Of a stretch of 64,000 nt of DNA, positions 59,118 through 64,000 are shown piece after piece. The stretch's first letter is position 1, and the number at the start of each line of letters is the position of its first letter. The notes under the pieces are model-generated. The model did not search any database. It was not told where the DNA came from and worked only from the letters and a program-made list of their open reading frames with translations. This stretch comes from Candidatus Latescibacterota bacterium (GTDB taxonomy: Bacteria; Latescibacterota; UBA2968; GCA-2709665): assembly GCA_965219455.1 (NCBI GenBank), contig OZ244744.1, positions 4,928,001-4,992,000 of the forward strand, given 5' to 3'. The translations under genes and the position numbers were made by a program.

Positions 59118-61508
59118 CTAAGGGCCCTGGTCGAAACGCTGCCCGAACACCTGAACGCCCCAGACCGATCCCTCCGCTTCGGCAACCGCCACCCCCACAT
59201 GCGTCCAGTGCTTCGCCAGGATATTCGCGCGGTGCCCCGCGCTCAGCATCCAGCCGGCGTGCATCGTTTCGACAAAATGCGTTCTCGCCACATTTTCACC
59301 CACGCGGTGGAAGGGCAACCGCCGGTAGGTCGCATGCCATCCCACGTCCAATCCTGTCATGGAAAAATGGGATATATAACCCATCGCAAGCATCTCTTCG
59401 AGCCGGATGCGCGCCACGTGCATCAACTCGGGATGTGGAAATACCGAACCCCGTCGAATCCGCTTCCGGGCCGCGTTGATTCGATCGATCAGAAACAACT
59501 GGGCGGCCTCGTTCCCCGGATATGGAGCAATTTCCAGGACTTTGTCTTCCAGGTCATCGGGATTGCCGACAATCACGGACTGGTGGGAAACCGTAAACGG
59601 ACGCGCTTTGGGCAATACAATCTGGACCTGTACGCGGCAATGCCCCGCCTCGCCGAACCGGAACCGCGTGTGAAACCGCCGTCCCCGCCTGCGCACGTCG
59701 CCTTTGATCGCGTCTCCGTCGGGTACGAGAAATGCCATCACGTTTATATCTTCCACCTCGCCATGGATCTGTCCCGACACGGTCAGTTGCTCGCCGACGG
59801 CGACCGCCTCCGGAAGCCGATCGACCGTTGCCAGGTCCGTTCTCAACCGCCCCGGATACCCGTAAGCGACGGGCATCCGGATTTCCATTCTTCCGTCCGG
59901 CCAGGAGGTGATTCTCTGGCCAAAGGGACCGGTCTCCACCAACCGCCTATCGGGAAACGTCTCCCGGGTCCCTCCTTTTGAGGTCACGTATTCGTCGGGG
60001 CGGACGGTACGCAAACTTCCCTCTCCGCGGGTTGCCAACCGGCCGTCGCCGCTCCGAATCGACGGGACACCCTCGCGCGGCGTCTCACGGGGATCTTTCT
60101 CCACCGGGATGCCCGCCGCCTGTCGCGAAGCGGGCCTTGCGGCCACACTGTCTGCGGGATCGGAATGAACGACGGAGCCATCGGCCAGTCGAGAGACGCG
60201 CCGTCCGTCCGGATACCTGGTGATTTCGTCGCCTTTTTCCGTAATGAGAACGCGCCGCCCGTCTGGATATATCTTTTTCAGGGATTTCCCGCCGATCAAT
60301 GTGATCACGCCGTTGGCGTCTTTAATCCACGTCGAACTGTCCGGAGCAACGCGGCGGGTTCCGCCGTCCGGCATCTTTTCAATTAAATCGCCGTCCACAT
60401 TGTGCCTGACTATCCGACCGTCGGTCGCCCGTTCCACCCGCCTTCCCGACGCCATTCTCCATTCCCGACGGCCGTCGGGATACGTGGTACGCACGTTCTT
60501 CCACCGGTCGGTGTACACAATCCGTCCGTCGGGAAACCGGTCTTCGGTGGCGCCGCTCGGAAACGCCACGTTGACCCGCCCATCGGGATACGTCGTGCGC
60601 ACGTTCTTCCACCGATCGGTGTACACAATTCGTCCGTCGGGAAACCGGTCTTCGGTGGCGCCGCTCGGTGACGCCACGCTGACCCGCCCGTCGGGATGCT
60701 GCCATCGCTGCCGCCCGTCCGGAAACGTCGTCAACACGCGTCCGTCCTTGAACCGGCGCCGGCGCATGCCTCTCCCGGGACGCGATGTCCTCCTCGGGGC
60801 CAGGAAATAGCCCTCTATCACGCGCCAATACCCGTGGGGCGGAAGCTGCAGACCTCCGTCACGCAGGTGTACCAGGGAGTTTACAGCCCGCCTGTGGATA
60901 GTGTGGGCGTCTTCAAGCGCTTGCAGGCTGTCCACGACCTCCTTGGTAAATCGCGCCAGGCGCGGATATTCTCCGGGATGCAGATGGATGTACAGATAGT
61001 GAAAGGCCGACACCGCCTTGGACGTATCGGGCGTTTCGAAAACCTTTCCGCGTCCCAGCATCAGCGCCACTTGGACGCCGCGTTCCGTCCACCCGGTCAC
61101 CAGGGCGCCCGAGGGAATCCGATAGATTCGATTCCCGTCGACCAGCCTGACGTCGTCCACGCGCCGAACCGTGTCCAATCGCACGTCATAAATGCGCCCG
61201 GGAATCCGAATCTCATCTCCGGGCGATATCTCAGGATTCTCCGACAGCGGAATCGTCACGTCTCCGATATCCACCACCCCGGACGTGTCCGCACGCCCGC
61301 GCGACACGTAGGCCTCGTCCAACAGCGCCTCCTCGGTTGCGCCGCCGGCATCCTCCAGATAATCCGCCGCCGGTCTGCCGGGCGCGTACCGGTACGCGCC
61401 CGGTTTCGTCACCGCGCCGGAAACCGTCACCTTCTCGTCCGGCTGGCATCCGACGAAAATCAGAGCAATTACCAGTATGGAATTTCGCAGAGGGCAATGG
61501 GGCGACAT
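59118..61508 (-). CDS. Lipoprotein with SLBB domain, PDG beta-hairpin repeats and CAP domain
   Basis: Lipobox FVG-C; V.V.GAV..PG.Y...AGG; many xPDGx repeats; IN..R, SH, GENVA, WM.S.GHRANIL, GV.V. Confidence 0.8.
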   Translation of the reverse strand: MSPHCPLRNSILVIALIFVGCQPDEKVTVSGAVTKPGAYRYAPGRPAADYLEDAGGATEEALLDEAYVSRGRADTSGVVDIGDVTIPLSENPEISPGDEIRIPGRIYDVRLDTVRRVDDVRLVDGNRIYRIPSGALVTGWTERGVQVALMLGRGKVFETPDTSKAVSAFHYLYIHLHPGEYPRLARFTKEVVDSLQALEDAHTIHRRAVNSLVHLRDGGLQLPPHGYWRVIEGYFLAPRRTSRPGRGMRRRRFKDGRVLTTFPDGRQRWQHPDGRVSVASPSGATEDRFPDGRIVYTDRWKNVRTTYPDGRVNVAFPSGATEDRFPDGRIVYTDRWKNVRTTYPDGRREWRMASGRRVERATDGRIVRHNVDGDLIEKMPDGGTRRVAPDSSTWIKDANGVITLIGGKSLKKIYPDGRRVLITEKGDEITRYPDGRRVSRLADGSVVHSDPADSVAARPASRQAAGIPVEKDPRETPREGVPSIRSGDGRLATRGEGSLRTVRPDEYVTSKGGTRETFPDRRLVETGPFGQRITSWPDGRMEIRMPVAYGYPGRLRTDLATVDRLPEAVAVGEQLTVSGQIHGEVEDINVMAFLVPDGDAIKGDVRRRGRRFHTRFRFGEAGHCRVQVQIVLPKARPFTVSHQSVIVGNPDDLEDKVLEIAPYPGNEAAQLFLIDRINAARKRIRRGSVFPHPELMHVARIRLEEMLAMGYISHFSMTGLDVGWHATYRRLPFHRVGENVARTHFVETMHAGWMLSAGHRANILAKHWTHVGVAVAEAEGSVWGVQVFGQRFDQGP
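60472..60693 (-). repeat. 108-bp intragenic tandem duplication
   Basis: RV(S/N)VA(S/F)PSGATEDRFPDGRIVYTDRWKNVRTTYPDG twice. Confidence 0.9.
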
Positions 61509-61635
61509 CGTACGTGTCTCCGCATACGGGCGAAATTTATCGAAGTGTCACGGCCGTTTTCGGGGAACACCGGCCCATCCACGCGCGAGTTGCGGGTTGA
61601 CGCTCGTCCGTGGACTCCGGACGTGGCGGGTACGA

Positions 61636-61668
61636 CAAGACCCCCGGGGGACACCCGGGGGTCTTGTA
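61636..61668. terminator. 14-bp hairpin
   Basis: ACAAGACCCCCGGG-GGACA-CCCGGGGGTCTTGT. Confidence 0.45.
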
Positions 61669-62009
61669 TCCGCGAACAGGTCACCGACAACTGGGGGAGG
61701 GAATCGGGCGGCCTGTCTGAATACCTCTTTACACTACCGCTTTTCGGCAGACTGGGATCTTCCTCTATTTATGGTATTGTCAATATCCGTCCGTCTTTGC
61801 TGGGCGGACACGGTGTGACGAGGATCCTCGTTCTCTCGTTCGAAAGGCTACCTTTCCGATGCCAACGCCGTGATATCCGTTGTTCGATGGGGGAAGTAGA
61901 ACAACGATGGCGCGGTGAACGTTAATAGCGACGCCGGCGAAGGGTTGGGCGGTTGCCTGATTTCGAGAGTCGGGCCTGCCGTTACAGAGTGCGCATTCCG
62001 CGGAGGTGC

Positions 62010-62339
62010 CTAACCCTTGACGCGATTCAGCGTCCTCTGTACTAGCACGGTGACCACACCGGCATACAGTGAGATGCTGGCCAGATCGACGATCATATCC
62101 AATTTCTCGCCGATTCCCGGGATGTGGCCAAGCACGTTCGCCATTCCCGCGCCGCCGACGGCAACTGCAAGCACGAGGTAGCCCGTTGCGTCCTCAGCGT
62201 CGATCGCAACGCCCGCATAGGCGAGACCCAAGATGACCAGTACGAGCGCCAAGATGCCTTCTCCCAGAATCATGTCGCCCGCCAGGCCCCCAATGATCGC
62301 ACCGAGGGCGATGAGACCTACGATAACTCTACCTGCCAT
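62010..62339 (-). CDS. Small hypothetical membrane protein
   Basis: GGAGG RBS; about four hydrophobic segments. Confidence 0.75.
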   Translation of the reverse strand: MAGRVIVGLIALGAIIGGLAGDMILGEGILALVLVILGLAYAGVAIDAEDATGYLVLAVAVGGAGMANVLGHIPGIGEKLDMIVDLASISLYAGVVTVLVQRTLNRVKG

Positions 62340-62724
62340 GTCTACCTCCCTGAAAATTAGTTACTTGCCGCGGCCCGTGGAAGATTGTGGCCGCAACGGT
62401 TACCGACGGGGCGGCGTGGGCGTCAGGTTTGCCTCCCCGTCACGAACATCTCACGAAAACACACTTCACGTCTCAGAATTGTTTAAGGATTTATATGAAT
62501 TCGGGGGGAGTGTCTTTGATCGTGCCGTCCAATCGGACTCACACGTTACCCTAATAAAAGAAATGGCACAAGCGTTGTCAAGTGAATTTATACCCGCACA
62601 CAGAAAAGCCAGTTTTCCACGGCGGGACCATGGTACACGATCCGGAGCGACGATACCGGCCGGGGGAGCCAGCCGCGAACACGGCAAAGCCGGAGGCGTT
62701 TTCTATCCTGCTCCGAAAGCACAG

Positions 62725-63411
62725 TCAGCCGCCCAGGATTTCCAGACAGGATCTCAGTCGCCGGTCGTGATCCGTGTATTGCATAAGCCACGCCGCGACT
62801 GTCTTGCCATCGGCCATCGTCGCTTCCGGATTCGCGCCGCTTTCCAGGAGATACCGCGTTGTTACCGCGTGTCCGTGTCCCGCGGCGCAGTACAGGGGGA
62901 AGTGACCGTTGTCCGAGGTGGCGTTGACGTCGGCGCCGTGGTCGACCAGGTTTCTGACGACGTCCAGGTCACCGTTCCGTGAGGCGTGGTGCAGGGCCGT
63001 GTCCCCGCGCGCGTAGCGCTCGCGCGCCAGCGCCGGGTTGTCGCGTAACATGGCGTGCACCCGTGCGGCGTTGGCCAGGAATACCGCGTAGATAAACTGG
63101 CGCGCGGCTTCGCCCGCCGGATTCGTATGCGCGTCCAATGCGCCGTACGCGACCAGCAACGAGACGACGTCTTTATTGTCGGGTACTTCGGCCGCGTAGT
63201 GCATCGCATCGCCGTCGTGAGCCGCCAGGTCGGCGCCGCGGTCGATTAGATACTGAACGATTTCGAGGCGGCGGCGCAAGCCGGCGTGGAAGATGGGGCG
63301 CCATCCGTGCCGGTCGTCCTGGTCGACCGCCCAGGGCCGTTCCTCGACCATTTTTTTCAATGTGTCGAGGTCTCCTCTGCCTGCGGCTTCGTGGATGGAA
63401 TCGGGCTCCAT
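62725..63411 (-). CDS. Ankyrin-repeat protein
   Basis: IHEAA..GD, GDTALHHA..NG...V...L...GADVN, PLYCAAGHGH. Confidence 0.9.
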   Translation of the reverse strand: MEPDSIHEAAGRGDLDTLKKMVEERPWAVDQDDRHGWRPIFHAGLRRRLEIVQYLIDRGADLAAHDGDAMHYAAEVPDNKDVVSLLVAYGALDAHTNPAGEAARQFIYAVFLANAARVHAMLRDNPALARERYARGDTALHHASRNGDLDVVRNLVDHGADVNATSDNGHFPLYCAAGHGHAVTTRYLLESGANPEATMADGKTVAAWLMQYTDHDRRLRSCLEILGG

Positions 63412-63568
63412 CGTCGTCCTCCACTCGATCGTCCCGTTAAACCGCCGCCGGTGAATGCCGCGACGCGGGCGTCAACGTGCTGCAAGATAGGGTGCGGGTG
63501 GGACGGGAACAAGGAAAATGCCGCCGCGCGTTATTTGTTTTCAATCCTTGGGAACAGGGCGGCGGTTC

Positions 63569-63597
63569 TTGACGTTTTTTTGTCGATTGTCTATATT
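63569..63597 (+). promoter_or_regulatory. sigma70 promoter upstream of the recG leader
   Basis: TTGACG-N17-TATATT. Confidence 0.6.
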
Positions 63598-63605
63598 CGC
63601 ACGAT

Positions 63606-63723
63606 CTGCTGTATCCCGGTTGCACCGGTTGGACGCGAGCGCGGAACCACCCCGTGCGCCGTCACCGTGACCGCAACCGTTGGCGTGCCGAAACGCGGGT
63701 TGTCGGGATGCGGCAGCGCGTCC
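63606..63723 (+). ncRNA. Candidate structured RNA or leader, family not recognised
   Basis: 14-bp closing stem with three G-U pairs, inner stems, starts right after the promoter. Confidence 0.35.
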
Positions 63724-63756
63724 GCTTGTTCCCCCGATTTCACGAAAGGCCCGTCA

Positions 63757-64000
63757 ATGTTTCCCGAACTGGACGTTCCCGTGAGCACCGTGCGCGGCGT
63801 TGGCGAAAAACGCGAGGGTTTGCTGCGCGAGGTCGGGATTTCAACCCTTGCGGATCTCCTCCTCTTCCTGCCGTATCGGTACGTGGATCGCACGCGGCAG
63901 TCGCCCATAGCGGATCTTCCGATGGGCGTGGAGGTCACTGCCGTCGCCGCGGTTCGCAGCGCCAACGCGGTTCCGGGCCGGCGGCCCCGGTTCATTCTCG
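63757..64000 (+). CDS. recG: ATP-dependent DNA helicase RecG, N-terminus (partial)
   Basis: MFPELDVPVSTVRGVGEKREGLLREVGISTLADLLLFLPYRYVDRT. Confidence 0.8.
   Translation, partial: MFPELDVPVSTVRGVGEKREGLLREVGISTLADLLLFLPYRYVDRTRQSPIADLPMGVEVTAVAAVRSANAVPGRRPRFIL

Overview
High-GC bacterial chromosome segment. The ankyrin proteins, phytanoyl-CoA dioxygenase, heparinase-like and rhamnose genes and many toxin-antitoxin (TA) pairs suggest a host-associated, possibly sponge-symbiont lineage; this is inference only. 1-5.6 kb holds metabolic genes. 5.5-27.7 kb is the main feature: two diverged tandem versions of one type I restriction-modification (RM) locus, each starting with the 3' end of a FAD oxidoreductase gene. 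In copy 1 (5.5-13.5 kb) hsdM, hsdS and hsdR are gutted by deletions while the TA pairs stay mostly intact. Copy 2 (13.6-27.7 kb) has an HsdM fused in frame to a PIN toxin, an intact hsdS, and an hsdR frameshifted at a T10 tract. Between the hsd genes lies a stack of TA and nuclease cassettes separated by duplicated hsd gene ends, seven GTAG-type REP palindromes and a split, permuted RAYT transposase. 27.8-49 kb holds metabolic and accessory genes, a phosphoesterase-ankyrin fusion, a Fic gene cleanly disrupted by a 109-bp MITE, and other MITE/REP families. 49.8-59 kb holds an orphan MNT antitoxin, an AAA-ATPase two-gene module and an imuA-imuB-dnaE2-SRAP cassette with a perfect palindromic operator. 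59-64 kb holds an SLBB/PDG-repeat/CAP lipoprotein, an ankyrin protein, a candidate structured RNA and the start of recG. No CRISPR array, tRNA, rRNA or integrase was seen. All calls come from reading motifs by eye; no searches were run.
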